Below, piece after piece: positions 26,097 to 38,435 of a stretch of DNA of 64,000 nucleotides. The notes below the pieces were generated by a model. The model worked only from the letters and a program-made list of their open reading frames with translations. It was not told the origin of the DNA and made no database searches. The DNA comes from Callorhinchus milii (taxonomy: Eukaryota), in assembly GCF_018977255.1 (NCBI RefSeq), contig NW_024704742.1, forward strand, positions 9,054,001 to 9,118,000. The letters are read 5' to 3'. The translations under genes were made by a program, and so were the position numbers. Position 1 is the first letter of the stretch, and each line of letters opens with the position of its first letter.

Positions 26097-26134
26097 CTCA
26101 GAGTTTCGTCTGCAGGATGGCTCCAGAGTGCCAT
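26097..26134 (-). other. Candidate first coding exon (MALWSHPADETL-), gene unknown
   Basis: gtcATGG start context, GAG|GTAAGG donor, TATA-like element at 26269-26276, inside a repeat-free island; no homology recognised. Confidence 0.25.
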
Positions 26135-27442
26135 GACACAGCACTGCAATACGTTCAGAAAGTCACAGGCTCTCCTCTGTGAGGGGCATCTGCTGCACCA
26201 GTTACAGGAGCATATGGAGGAAGGACAAGGAATCAGAGCGGGTTGCCTCTTACGCAGCACACTGAGTGTATAAATAAACACAGACTTCATGACATCCTTC
26301 AGAGATTAGCCCCAGTGCATGTCTGGTGTTTGACGAGATGCGTGGAACAGCTTGACAGATCTCCGTGTACAGACTCATGGACTAATAATGGGAGCCTGAG
26401 GGGGCTGGGCTGGGAGGAACAACAATCTGGCACACTGGGCCTCAGATCATTAATGCGCACTTGCTTGCTGGCATTGTTTTCAGTGAAGGCAAAGTTACTC
26501 TCAGTTATGCTCCACTAAAACTTAATACCATCTTCCCTCCTTCCTTTTTTAAATGACTCTACCTCTTTCCTGTCCTCCCCCCCACCACACCGGCCACCCC
26601 AAATCTGTCAGTAAAATCTGACAGTCAGAAGTAAAATAATCCTTGATTTTGACAAGCTTCTATGACACTGAAACGTCTCAAAATGCCTTGAAGTGAAGTT
26701 TGTAGGTGAACATGGAAGCCAATTTACACACAGCAAAGTCCAACCAACAGGCGTGAAGTGAATGACCAATTTATCTGGGGGATTGTTGGCCAGAATACTG
26801 GGAGAAACTCTCTATCAAGCAAATAGTGGAGTGTTCATTGCCAACAATACTGTTTCTTCTTCAAACCATTATCTTCGCAACTGTTGTTCTCTTCTTTTCA
26901 GCTTCCTTCCAAAATGTACAACATCACAGTTAATATTATATTTCAGTTGGAATGTGCTGTAGCAGCTTTTCACAGGTTTCCTCACCTTCAAGGTCCTGCA
27001 CAGCCTTGCACTCCTACCTCTGAGACCTGCTGACTCCATATCAACTAGTCCGCTCCCTCCGCTCAGCAGGCTCTGTAAAGCGTAGTTCTTGTGTTTTATG
27101 GGCAAACAAAAATATCTGTGGAGATTTGTGGAGAATGGTCTCCACAAATCTGGCATCTTTTTGAAAACAAACAGCATTTTTTGAAATGGATCTTTGTGGG
27201 GGGTTTAATAAAGAGAAATATTCTTTTCTTTTCCAGTTGGCAACTGACTCACTGGAATCCAGTGGTGCTGATGTACCAAATCAATGACTTTATGGACAAA
27301 ATACTGTGGTCTAATATCAACACTTGGGATCAGACAGATGGACTGCAATAATCTTTTGAGGCTTGGACATTCTTATGTTCCTATGTAACTGATGCAGTCC
27401 AGTAAGGTCATCCATAAAATTTCTGCTTTCCCAGTAAGAGTG

Positions 27443-27818
27443 AAGTCCTGTAGCTCAGGGGTTAGAGAACTGCCCTGACAAGCAAGAGACCTGGATTCTA
27501 CTCCAAGGCAGGGCGAAATGTTGGGCAAGTTTCTTTCCTCCACACGCTTCTGTTTAATGAGCAGTATGTAGCAGCCCAGTTGTTAGTCGATTGGCGGATC
27601 ACTTTGTCGAGGATAATAATCCTTAAAAGAAAACAATAATAATTAGGTCACTCAATCCATGACTGTTTGAGGGACACTCCTGTGTGCAATTAGCTGCTGC
27701 GTTTTACCCGCAAATTTACTGTCAATTCACCTTACAGTATATTCTGTGAAGCGCTTTGAGACTAGAAGACATGAAAAAAACATGGCTATATCAATGCAAG
27801 GATTATTATTATTATTAT
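27443..27818 (+). mobile_element. SINE-A full length
   Basis: Consensus match. Confidence 0.88.
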
Positions 27819-27927
27819 CATCAGGTATTGCACTATCTGGACTGACGTATGGAATATCAGCTTACTTGTTTTTTTCAACTCAGCTTGAGAAAGCAATGAT
27901 TTCATTGAGTCAATAACCTGTAAAACA

Positions 27928-28570
27928 TCAACAACAACAAATTACATTTGTATAGCGCCTTTCACGTCGGGAGGACGTCCCAAGGCGCTGGACAGTGTAC
28001 AGCATTTCAGACCCGAGCTGGGGTCAGGGGGGAAGAAGGGAGGGGAGGGGAAGGGGTCATGGTCGAAGAGGAGGGTTTTGAAGCAAGACTTGAAGGAGGC
28101 TAAGGAGGGGGCGAGGCAGAGTAATTAGGGGATGGAATTCCAGAGGTTGGGGGCAGAGTGGCTGAAGGCTCTCCTGCCAATGGTGGGGCGGGTGGGTCAG
28201 GGGACGTGGAGCAGGCCAGAGCCGGCTGAGCGGAGGCAGCGGGCGGGTTGGTAGGGGGTTGGAAGGTCACAGAGTTAGGGTGGGGCGAGGCCATTGAGGG
28301 CTTTGTAGGTGAGCACCAGGATCTTGAACTGGATCCTCTGAAGGATAGGGAACCGATGGAGTCGGGCGAGAATGAGGGAGATGGGGTCACGGAGTTTGGT
28401 GCAGGAGAGGACATGGGCTGTAGAGTTCTGGATTATTTGCAGTCTGTGGAGGGAGGAGTTGGGAAGGCCGACAAGCAGGGAGTTTGCATAGTCGAGCCTG
28501 GAGGTGATGAAGGCATGAACAAGAGTTTCAGCGCCTGAGGGGTGAGGTAGTGGCGGAGTTGGGCGATGTT
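27928..28570 (-). mobile_element. L2 3' relic (subfamily 2), well preserved
   Basis: Reverse complement gives an L2 ORF2 end (FITSRLDYANSLL...) and CAGCGCCTTGGGACGTCCTCCCGACGTGAAAGGCGCTATACAAATGTAATTTGTTGTTG. Confidence 0.9.
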
Positions 28571-28914
28571 AAAACTTCATCTAAAATCTGCTTCCCGATC
28601 AAAAGAACGAACTTTGCAAAGTGGGATAACACTTTTAAGCAGATTTTGGTGCTGCCATTATTTAATTGTTATAGAACAAGAGAATATAGGTTTAGAATGC
28701 AAAGAGCAATTTCATGACAGAGTCTTTCTTTACTCAGAGGGTAATTAATAATTGGAACAAGATCCCAGGAGGGGAGGTTGATGCCTGGATACCCGGACTA
28801 ATTTAAAAACACACAGCTTGATCTTCTGATGGGAGAATGGTAGGGTTGTTATTCTAGATGGAAGACCTTCATCCAAAACAATCTTGTGATCCTCTGATTA
28901 AAAGGAATTAAAAA

Positions 28915-29120
28915 ACAAGTTGTATTTGCATAGCGCCTCTCACGCAGGGTAACGTCCCATGCCCAGCTGGGGGGAGGGTGAGGTGACCGTAGGCACAGTC
29001 AAAAAGGAAAGTCTTCAGGCGTGACCTGAAGATGGGGAAGGAAGGGGCAAGGCAGAGGGATAGACAAAGTTTGTTCCAGAGTTTCGGGGCATGGTGGCTG
29101 AAAGCGTGGCCACCGATGGT
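28915..29120 (-). mobile_element. L2 3' relic (subfamily 1)
   Basis: IGGHAFSHHAPKLWN...FRSRLKTFLFD. Confidence 0.8.
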
Positions 29121-29557
29121 GTTTAAGGAATATAATGATTTTGACCCCATAGTTTCTGCAGAAGCTATAAAGCAACCGTTTGTGAAGGACTCGGGGAGGC
29201 AGTGCTATCACTTGGAAAAATAGCATTTCAAATTGTAAATTATGGATTATATGGACAGTACCAAAGAAACATGGAGGAAATTGAATAGGGGGTTTTAAAG
29301 GTTGACTGTTTGTCCTCGCTATGCACAATGCAGGACACACAGATATCTGATTTGCCAGAATGGGGATTTGTTGCCAGTGGGTTTGAAAACAAAAGTGATG
29401 TGGTATGCTTTCAGAGATTGTTTAATATCAATGTTTCCAATTATCCTTAATTTTATCGACTTGTCACAGTACAAAGCATTAAAATCAAAAGTGAGTGTCT
29501 CCTTACCTCTCTCATCCAACTGAAAGACCTGATACTGTTAACATTCCAGATATTTAG

Positions 29558-29915
29558 TACTGTAGCTCAGTGTTAGAGCACTTGCCTCACAAGTGAGAGA
29601 TCTGGGTTCCATTCCCAGCAGAGTGAAATGTTGGACAAGTTTCCTTACTCCACACGCCTCTGTTTACCTAGCAGTAAGTAGGAACCCGGTTGTTAGTTGA
29701 TTGGCGGATTGCTTTTCCGGAGATAATAATCCTTAAAAAAGTAATAATTTGGTCACTCAATTCACGACTGTTTGTGGGACACTGCTGTGCACAATTGGCT
29801 GCCACATTTCGACCATAAATATACAGTCAACTCACTTTACAGTATCTTCTGTGAAGCACTTTGAGACGGCTCGAAGACATGAAAAGCGCTATATCAAATG
29901 CAAGGATTATTATTG
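29558..29915 (+). mobile_element. SINE-A full length
   Basis: Consensus match. Confidence 0.9.
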
Positions 29916-30250
29916 TTAACATCATTGTGGGTGGAGGCACAGAGTTGAACATCTGTGTAGGAGTATAATTAGTAGATGTTTGACTGAAGGGTTTTGATAA
30001 GACAAACAATGTACAAACAAACTGTAAACTTTGGCTGTGCTTCAGTTGTTAGTCAAAAGTTGCGGTGAGGAAGAGGATTTGCGCTCTGCGCCGGGACAAC
30101 TCTTGAAAATTAACCTGATGCCTGTAGGGCTTTCAGGCTATGCAGTGTTTGAGTTCCGTTCATGAGACAACAATATATCACACCGTACCTCAGTCTTTTG
30201 GGATTTTGAATACACAGAAGAATATATATCTACAACTCTAAGCATGAAGT

Positions 30251-30581
30251 GGAGTCCTGTAGCTCAGTGGTTAGAGCACTCGCTTTGCAAGCGAGAGACC
30301 TGAGTTCAATTCCAGGCAGAGGGCGAAACCTTGGGCAAGTTTCCTTACTCCACACAGAGCCTAATAATAATCCCTCCAAAACCCAAAACAATAATAAATT
30401 GGTCATTTTCAATCTACGACTGTTTGTGGGACATTGCTGTGCGCAATTGGCTGCCGCGTTCGCTCACAAATATACAGTCAATTCACTTTACAGTGTGTTC
30501 TGTGAAGCGCTTTGGGACGTCCTCCTGACGTGAAAAGCGCTATATCAAATGCAAGGATTATTATTATTATTATTATTATTA
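30251..30581 (+). mobile_element. SINE-A short subfamily, young-looking copy
   Basis: Many CpGs retained, long (TTA)n tail, internal deletion junction. Confidence 0.92.
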
Positions 30582-33099
30582 TGAAAGGAGCCTGGAACAA
30601 GAAAAGACCATTTAGTCCACTCCTTCTACATACAAAATATACAACTATCCCATCATAACCAGCCCAGCCTCTTCCATTCAATTTGAGATTTTTCTTCTCA
30701 GAAGTTCTCTATATTTCAAGGATGTGAAGTAAGTCAGAGTTGGTGGAGCAGACGGGAGGGGAATAGCAGATTCAGAGGTATGGTGGGCAAAGTTGTGTGT
30801 TGACAAAATCCTTCAGTCAAACATCTTACTAATTATGTTGAGAAATACCATAAGTTCAACCCACTGTCAGAAAACCAAGATTGATCGGTCTGAAATGCCA
30901 AACGTAATCAAACCATGCTTCCTCTATGGGCTGTGCAGCATGACGCATGCTGTAGCATGTTTTAGCGCTGACTGCACCTTGGGCTTCGAATACCATTGGC
31001 AAAGAAACCTTCTGTGGTTTATGACATAGTGTTGAACTCTCTGACCCATTCTTTCCTCATGGCTTGCATCTCCTTATGTAGTCTCTTGGGTTTCAATTCT
31101 TCCTATTTTAATGGTGCCTGATGGGTTAGCTTCTAGAAAGAGTGCATAACTTGCCTCTGAATCAAAAGATTGTGGTCTCAAGCCAATGTTGGGGCTTTGA
31201 ACTCAGTCCAGGCTGCATTGTTGGGGGTAATGTCCTGTGGAGATACACAGTAGATGGCCAGAGACAGATCAGGAGTAAACACTAACATGATGAGCGAAAG
31301 GACTTGTTTCAATGGTGCAGCACTCCAGGTTCTATGAAATGCCAAATCAAACATTGATGTGATAACAAAAACAGATGGGACAGGGTACAGTGCTATAACT
31401 TCCAGGCCTGATGACAAAGTGTGAAGAAAGCGGGAAGAAAGTGGCCTGAACCACAATGAAATTGTTTCATCCAAGGAGCTGTGAAATCCCCCAGTGAAAT
31501 TGCCCATATTTTGAATATTTGATCGGGTCTAATTTCACCTTGGCTAGCTGGACTAATGGGTGGGGGTAGGCGGTGGTGAGGATCCGGTCCAGCAATCGGA
31601 ATAATGTCCATGCCATTCCACCAAAAAACAGGCAAGGCAGGCGTGAGAGTTGTTTTGATAAACAAAATTATTGCTTGTTCCTGGCTGTGCGGTGACATAA
31701 ATGGACTGAATATGCACTTCTAAATCCATTTTGAAGTTTGTTTTGCCAATGAAATATCACCACCTTGAGCTATCTGAGGAATGTTCCTTTTATAATCTGG
31801 TGTTCTTGTTATATTTTAGGAGACCGTAAGACTTTGCGCAATTATATCAAAATCAATATCTCCATCAGGTTAGGGGAAATGTTCAATTAACTATATACAA
31901 TTTGAAGAACGTGGTTGTGGTAGTACTGAAATGAGGATTGTTTTGTATTGTTACTCCTTATACTTGAATCTCAAGTTGGGCCACTGCTGTGGGCAATTGT
32001 CTGCTGAGTTTTGCCCACAAAATATACAGTCAATTCACTTTAGAGTATATTCTGTAAAATGCTTTGAGACATCTCGAAGATGTGATAAAGCACTATATCA
32101 AGTGCAAGGCTTATTATTATTAGGTTTAGATTCAGTTAGTTACCAACATGAAAGGATGTAACTGTGGCCCAATGGAATGCTCCATATCTCCTATGTACAG
32201 TTCACAAAGTTTGCTTTAGGCTGGCTCTGCTGTAGATGGTGAAATTTCAAGCACGTTGGGACTCTACCTTGCATGAGGGGCACTATATAAGTACAAATTG
32301 TTGTTGTTGGTGCAAGATCTTGGGGTAGAATGGCAGGAGGGAGTCTGTAAATCAGACCTGAGCTCATAAAATAGCAAGCTAACCCAAATACTGTGATTTA
32401 ATTGCTCTGTTACTTTTCAGTGGCATTTTGATACTCTCACCTCTCATTTCAGGTCTTTTATAACCATGGAAATTTATAAGGTAGAAGAAGGTCATTCGGT
32501 CCTTCATTCATGTCTGTGCTAGCTCTTTGACCGAATGATGATTGTCCCTGTCAATCCTCCCACTCCTGTAAATTATTCCTCTTTAGATATTGATTTAGAT
32601 GCCTACAAATGCAAGGTCCCTACACTTTATAGTGTTAATCATGTATTTTGCCCACAAAATACACAGTAAATCCACTTTAAATTATATTCTGTAAAGCACT
32701 TTCAGACATATCAATGACATGATCAGACCCAATATCAAATACAAGGATTATTATTATGTGGTGATAGTGTAGACAGTGTGGGGGGCATTACTGGCAAACT
32801 CGATCCTGTCCCCACCCAACATATACACATGTACACTTTCCAGCACCAATCTCTCAATCTGCTTAGAGCACATTCCTTCCACTTCCACTCAGCTAATACA
32901 GGTCTGCTGCTCGCTCCTTCCCATTCTGCGTCACCATTGAACTTCCAGTTATCATGTCCCCACCCTCTGGTGCTCCTTGCCTCTATCCCCACACCCTCTC
33001 TCTACCTATCTTTAAATTCCAGACTCCGCCACTGTGAAGCGCTCTGGGATACTCTCACGTGTGAAGGGCGCTATATAAATGCAAGCTGTTGTTAAAACC

Positions 33100-33460
33100 T
33101 CATAAGATCATAAGATTACTTTAGGTGAAGAAATCTGATCCATCCCTCAAGTACATCCATCCTACCATCCTCGATCACTACAAGAAGTTGTGTTTTAAAT
33201 CAATCCAGCCATCTGACCTCTGCCAACTTTCCTGGCAACCTGTTCCAATCATTGATTACCAGGAAAAAAAACTTCCTGGTAAATCTGTCCTGAAATTGCC
33301 CTTGACAACTAAACCCATGTCCTCCTGTTTTGCTGTCATAGCACCTCCTAAAGAATTGATTTGGGTCTACTTTTCCAAGCCCATTTAACATGTTGTATAC
33401 TTATGAGGTTACCTTTGAGTTACCTTCTTTTAAGATTGAGGATCCCTAGCTTGTCTAATC
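33100..33460 (-). mobile_element. CR1 3' relic
   Basis: Minus ORF ...DSKTGGH...RKFFFLVINDWNRLPG; CATAAG repeat terminus. Confidence 0.7.
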
Positions 33461-34334
33461 ATTGCTCAAAATACCTCTTCAAATGTGCCTGTAGTCCTCC
33501 CATTTCCCCCTAGTTCAGCGAGCCACCCCACATCGTGAAGCTCTCCAAATTGTTATCTTACGTGAAGGCTCTTGTGTAAATCCAAGTTGTTTGTTGTAGT
33601 GTCAGCGAACAGGAGTGTGAGTCGGAACAGAACAATGACAGTATCCACTCAACAGAATAAGACAGCTGCCTGGGGAGAAATGGGATTAGGAGATTTGCTA
33701 TGATCTAATAAACTAGCGGAACAGGTTGAAGAGGCAGAAGGGTCTTCCTCCTATTCTTATGCAACACTGGCTGTTGAAGTGATGAGGCTAGTTGTAGCTG
33801 AAGCTCAACTGATGCCCCAGCTGAGAAAGGCTCACAGCACAGGCTGGGATTCAAATCCATTGCCCTTGAAAAGATGATTTTCTTACACTAAATCAATGTA
33901 AGCATGAATGACTTTTATGTGCATTAAAAGTTAGGCGATGAATGATTTAGGTATCCCAATGTACACAACTGATCTGTGTTCTGGTGGTTCTGTATACAGT
34001 GTCATTTCCTACACATCAACTGATTGTTGCAATTCATATTTAACTTGTAATGTGTGTCACTGGGGTTACATTAATATCTTAGTGATCATTAACTTGCCAC
34101 AAAGGTTAGTTGGAGCTTTTTTCAAAGCTGCTCATTTTCTCCCTCAGATCATACAGACCCGTGGACATTTTTTCCAATGACAGTTCAGGAATAAGTCCTT
34201 AGATCTGCTCCCAATATGAGAAAAAGGGATGTTTTAAAGAATGTATCAAACTTCATAAATCTGTTGGAGTAGTGTCTCAGAATGGGCCAGTGTCTACTCA
34301 TAGGGGGTGCAACAACACTTATAATTTGTCAGAC

Positions 34335-34440
34335 CTGTTTTGACGAAGGGTCATGGACCCGAAACGTTGACTCACTTTCCTTTCTCCATAGATGCTGCCT
34401 GACCTGCTGAGTGTTCCCAGTGACATCTGCTTTGGTTTTC
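34335..34440 (+). mobile_element. Penelope-like terminal repeat fragment with hammerhead motif
   Basis: TTGACGA-A-GGGTC-ATG-GACCC-GAAACGTT followed by CTCCATAGATGCTGCCTGACCTGCTGAGTGTTCCCAG. Confidence 0.75.
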
Positions 34441-35249
34441 ATGATAATCCTTTTATTTGTTATAGCACCTTATCAAATTTCAAGATGCTTCACAGAATAT
34501 ACTATAAAGTGAATTGACTGTATATTTTGCAGGCGAAACTCAGCAGGCAATTGCATATAGCAGTATCCCACAAACAATCGTGGATTGAGTGACCAATTAT
34601 TATTATTATTTTTTGAAGACTACTCCCGGAAAAGCGATCTGGGAATAGCCTCCATACTCCTTTGTTTATCTAGCAGTAAATAGGAACCTGGTTGTTAGTT
34701 GATTGGCTGATTGCTTTTCCGGGGGTAATAATCCCTTCAAAAAAATTCCTACAGAAATCCCACTTACTAAACCAGTCTAGAACCTTTGTGTCACCTCTGC
34801 AGAAATGAGCAGTAATGCACGATGGGCCAGATGGCCTCCTTCTGTGCTGTACAATTCTTTGATCTATAAAATGTGAAATGGGTGAAATAAACGCACAAAT
34901 CAAAAGAGAACGGTCAGAATCCACAGTGACTCTCAGCAACTGAAAGGGAACAAGCTCGGCATAACTTGTGGGAAAAAACAATCAATTCAGGTTATTATCC
35001 AACAAGGGAGGTTGGGATGAAGAAGATTAGATCTGATGGGACTGAGATTGTAAGACAGAAACCATGCTTTCAGATTCACCAAGGCCGCGGGACTTCAGGG
35101 CATCTGTTTAGAGGGAAATTTGAGGCCAGACACAGAAATGATTGCCTTACACAGAGAGACTGAAGTGTTTCAGGCCAGGACACTGGACTCATTTAATAAA
35201 TAGCTCAATGGAAAAATGGCAGAGAGGCTATTCTGGAGATCAAACACAC

Positions 35250-36190
35250 AACAACCTCAACAATACCAACTTGTACTTATATAGTGCCCTCCACGCAGGG
35301 TAGCGTCTCAGAGCACTTAACCGTGGCGGAGCCTGACTCCGAGCTGGGGGGGGGGGTGGCCGTAAGCACAAAGAGAAAGGTTTTCACTCAGGACTTGAAA
35401 AAAGGGGCAAGGTGGAGGATTGAGGTAGAGTATTCCAAAGTTTCAGGGCACAGTGGCTGAAAGCACGACCTCCAATGGTGGGATGGAGGGCGCGAGGGAC
35501 AAGCAGCAGGCTGGTGCCAGTCGAGCGGAGGCACCGGGTGGTAGATTGGGGAATGAAGAGGCCGGAGAGGTAGGGAGGTGCCAGAAAGTAAAGGGACTTG
35601 AACATGAGTGTGAGGGTCTTGAAGTCGATCCGTTTGGTGATGGGGAGCCAGGGCCAGAACTGGTGAGATGTGGATATGGAGCTTGGTCTGAGTCAATATG
35701 TGGGCGGCAGAGTTCTGAATGAGCTGGAATTTTTGAATAGTGGAGCTGAGAAGATCAGCGAGTTGTGTGTTGCAGTAATCCAAGCGGGAGCTGAAAAATG
35801 CAAGCACAAGGTTTTGGCTGCACTTGAGGTAAGATATGGTCAGAGTCGGGCGATGTGGAGAGGTGGAAGAAGACGGTCAAGGACCAGATGTGGGGGAGGA
35901 AGAACAGCTCAGGGTCAAACCGGATGCCTAGATTAGTTCAGTGAATGTGAGGGAGAGTACAGGGAGGTTGAGGAGTTCAAACCCATAGGAGTGAAGACGT
36001 TGACGGGAGCCAAGGAATATGGCTTCTGTTTTGCCCACGTTCAGCAGCAGGAAGTTTGCACTCATCCAGACCCTGATGTCTACCAGACAAGCTGATAGAA
36101 CATCAACAGACCTGGAGTTGGTACTGGAGGCAAAGTAGATTTGTGTGTCATCTGCATACATGTAGAAGTTTACCCCGTGTCTGTGGATGA
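35250..36190 (-). mobile_element. L2 LINE 3' ~0.94 kb with RT-domain relic (frameshifted)
   Basis: HGVNFYMYADDTQIY...WMSANFLLLNVGKTEAI and SRLDYCN...IQNSAAHIL...LWNTLP. Confidence 0.92.
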
Positions 36191-36290
36191 CAGTTCTGAC
36201 GAAAGGTCATCGACCTGAAATGTTATCTGACCTTCCTCTCTCCATAGATGCTGCCTGACTTGGTGAGTGTTCCCAGTGACTTCTGTTTTT
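36191..36290 (+). mobile_element. Penelope-like terminal repeat fragment with hammerhead motif
   Basis: CAGTT-CTGACGA-A-AGGTC-ATC-GACCT-GAAATGTT-ATCTG plus the conserved downstream arm. Confidence 0.78.
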
Positions 36291-36608
36291 AATCCCTCAA
36301 ATAAAATTGGTCACTCATTCTATGGCTGTTGGGGGACATTACTGTTTGTAACTGGCTAGCGCATTTAGCCCACAAAATAAAGTCAACCCCTTTGCAGCAT
36401 AGACTGTGAAGCCTTTTGAGACATTTGAACAACAATATATATATTGGCAATATATCAAATGCAAGGATTATTATTAGGAATGTTTGGCTCTATGTGAAAT
36501 CATCAAGCAGTGACAGGCAGCTGCCCTTCTTTCTGAAACAGACCATCAATTCACATGTATATTTGAATTACAGTAAGGAGTTCAAAATCACCAGAGCAAT
36601 TTCATTCT

Positions 36609-36978
36609 GGAGTCCTATAGTTTAGTAGTTAGAGCACTTGCCTTGCAGGATCTGGGTTTGATTCCTGGGCAGGGCGAAATGTTGGGAAAGTTTCCTTACT
36701 CCACACACCTATGTTCACCTTGCAGTAAGCAGGAACCCGGTTGTTAGTCGACTGGCAGATCACTTTCCGGAGATAATAATTCGTTCAAAAACAATAATAA
36801 TAATAATTTGGTCACTCAATCTATGACGCTTTGAAGGACACTGCTGTGCGCAATTGGCTGCCGCGTTCGCCCACAAATATACAGTCAATTCACTTCACAG
36901 TGTGTTCCGTGAAGCGCTTTGGGACGTCTTCCCGCTATGAAAAGCGCTATATCAAATGCAAGGATTATTATTATTATT
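36609..36978 (+). mobile_element. SINE-A full length
   Basis: Consensus match. Confidence 0.88.
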
Positions 36979-36999
36979 CTGTGAAGTGCTTTGAGATGG

Positions 37000-37360
37000 G
37001 ATTAGGGATTAGGACACGAGCGGGGGAGGGGTTTGGGATCAGGGAGGGTCGAGGGCACAGAGAGTGGCTGAAGGCATGGTCGAAGAGGAAGGTCTTAAGA
37101 CGTGCCCTGAAGGAGACAAGTGAGGGATTGAGGTGAAGGGAATGTGGAATGGAATTCCAGATGGTAGAGGCAGAGTTGCTGAACTGACTGGTCTGACTGG
37201 TGGGGCGAGCCGGGCGGGGGACATGGAGCAGGCCAGAGTCTGCTGAGTGGAGGGTGTGGATAGGTTGATAAGGGGTTAGCAGATCAGAGAGGTAGGAAGG
37301 GCAATGCCATGGAGAGGCTTGAAGATGAGGTCAAGGATTTTGAACTCGATCCTCTGAGGG
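37000..37360 (-). mobile_element. L2 relic (subfamily 2)
   Basis: Homologous to 28020-28345. Confidence 0.75.
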
Positions 37361-38220
37361 ATATAAAAGCTGAAGGGTTTACACAAAAAGCAAGAGCCAA
37401 ATCTGCGTGCTACATAAGAAGAGTTGGATTATAACCTAGGAGAACTGTGTACTTCAGTTGAATCCCAACAGATACCACTTGGTCATGCAGTTTGGGTTAA
37501 AAAAAGAAAGGAGGGAAGAAGACAGCATTTACATGTACATTTACAGATATAAGCCTGGTAGGGAGTGGTTCCAATTTGCAGGTATAGGTGTGATGTTTGA
37601 TCAAAGTCGTTGCGTCAGTCAATTCAGACAGAATGTAATCAAGAAGACAGTTGTGGAAAAAATGTTGCTTGTCAAAATGCAACAAGTTAAAAGGCTGAAA
37701 TTGAAAATAGCTTCACATCCAGTCACATTCAGTTTCACACACCCTAACAGGCTAGAAGGTGACAGCTTGAAATGAGGACTGTATAAATGCAGGAATTAAA
37801 TACATTGACATTTCTCCTTGCTCTTTGAACTTGTTCTTTAGTTGGCAGATTGTTGTTCCTCTTTGATAATTTTCTCTTCTGAATTTCTCGTCTCCCTTCC
37901 TCTCCTGCAAGGAATAATAATTATTATTCCAGGAGTCTAATTTTGCAATATTTCTTTAATGAGATTCTTTCATAAGGAATCTGAGCCAGGCAAATACTCA
38001 GTTGCCTTTTGGGAACTGGAAGTTCACCACACATCTTGCCGGCCAGTGAGAGAACCACTTAGACAACAACTTACATTTATATAACTTGGCTTCCCCTACT
38101 GCTAAAAGTATCAATATATTTTTATATATATATATTTAAAAACATGCTTTAAAATCATATATAGGTATATATAATGATAGAATAAATAAGATGAACCTGC
38201 GAGTATCAACTTTTAGCAGT

Positions 38221-38435
38221 GGAGTTCTGTAGCTCAGTGGTTAGAGCACTCGCCTCACAAATGCAAGACCTAGGTTCAATTCCCGACAGGGTGAAATGTT
38301 GGGCAAGTTTCCTTACTTCATGGAAGTGAATGCTGCTGCATTCACCTGCACAGTCACTAAACTTTTCAGGGAAGCGCTTTGAGACATCTCGAAGACGTGA
38401 TAAGGCGCCATATCAAATGCAAGAATTACATTATT
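38221..38435 (+). mobile_element. SINE-A with its middle replaced by a 40-bp patch
   Basis: Head and tail match consensus; the patch is identical to 38959-38998. Confidence 0.8.

Noticed and set aside
31178..31698. Overlapping minus-strand ORFs of 109 and 101 aa
   Set aside because: No recognisable homology or convincing splice signals; the first runs into a decayed SINE-B head
35928..36161. YADD reverse transcriptase motif as part of a retron/DGR-like system
   Set aside because: Context is a 5'-truncated, frameshifted eukaryotic L2 with its 3' tail; no accessory genes
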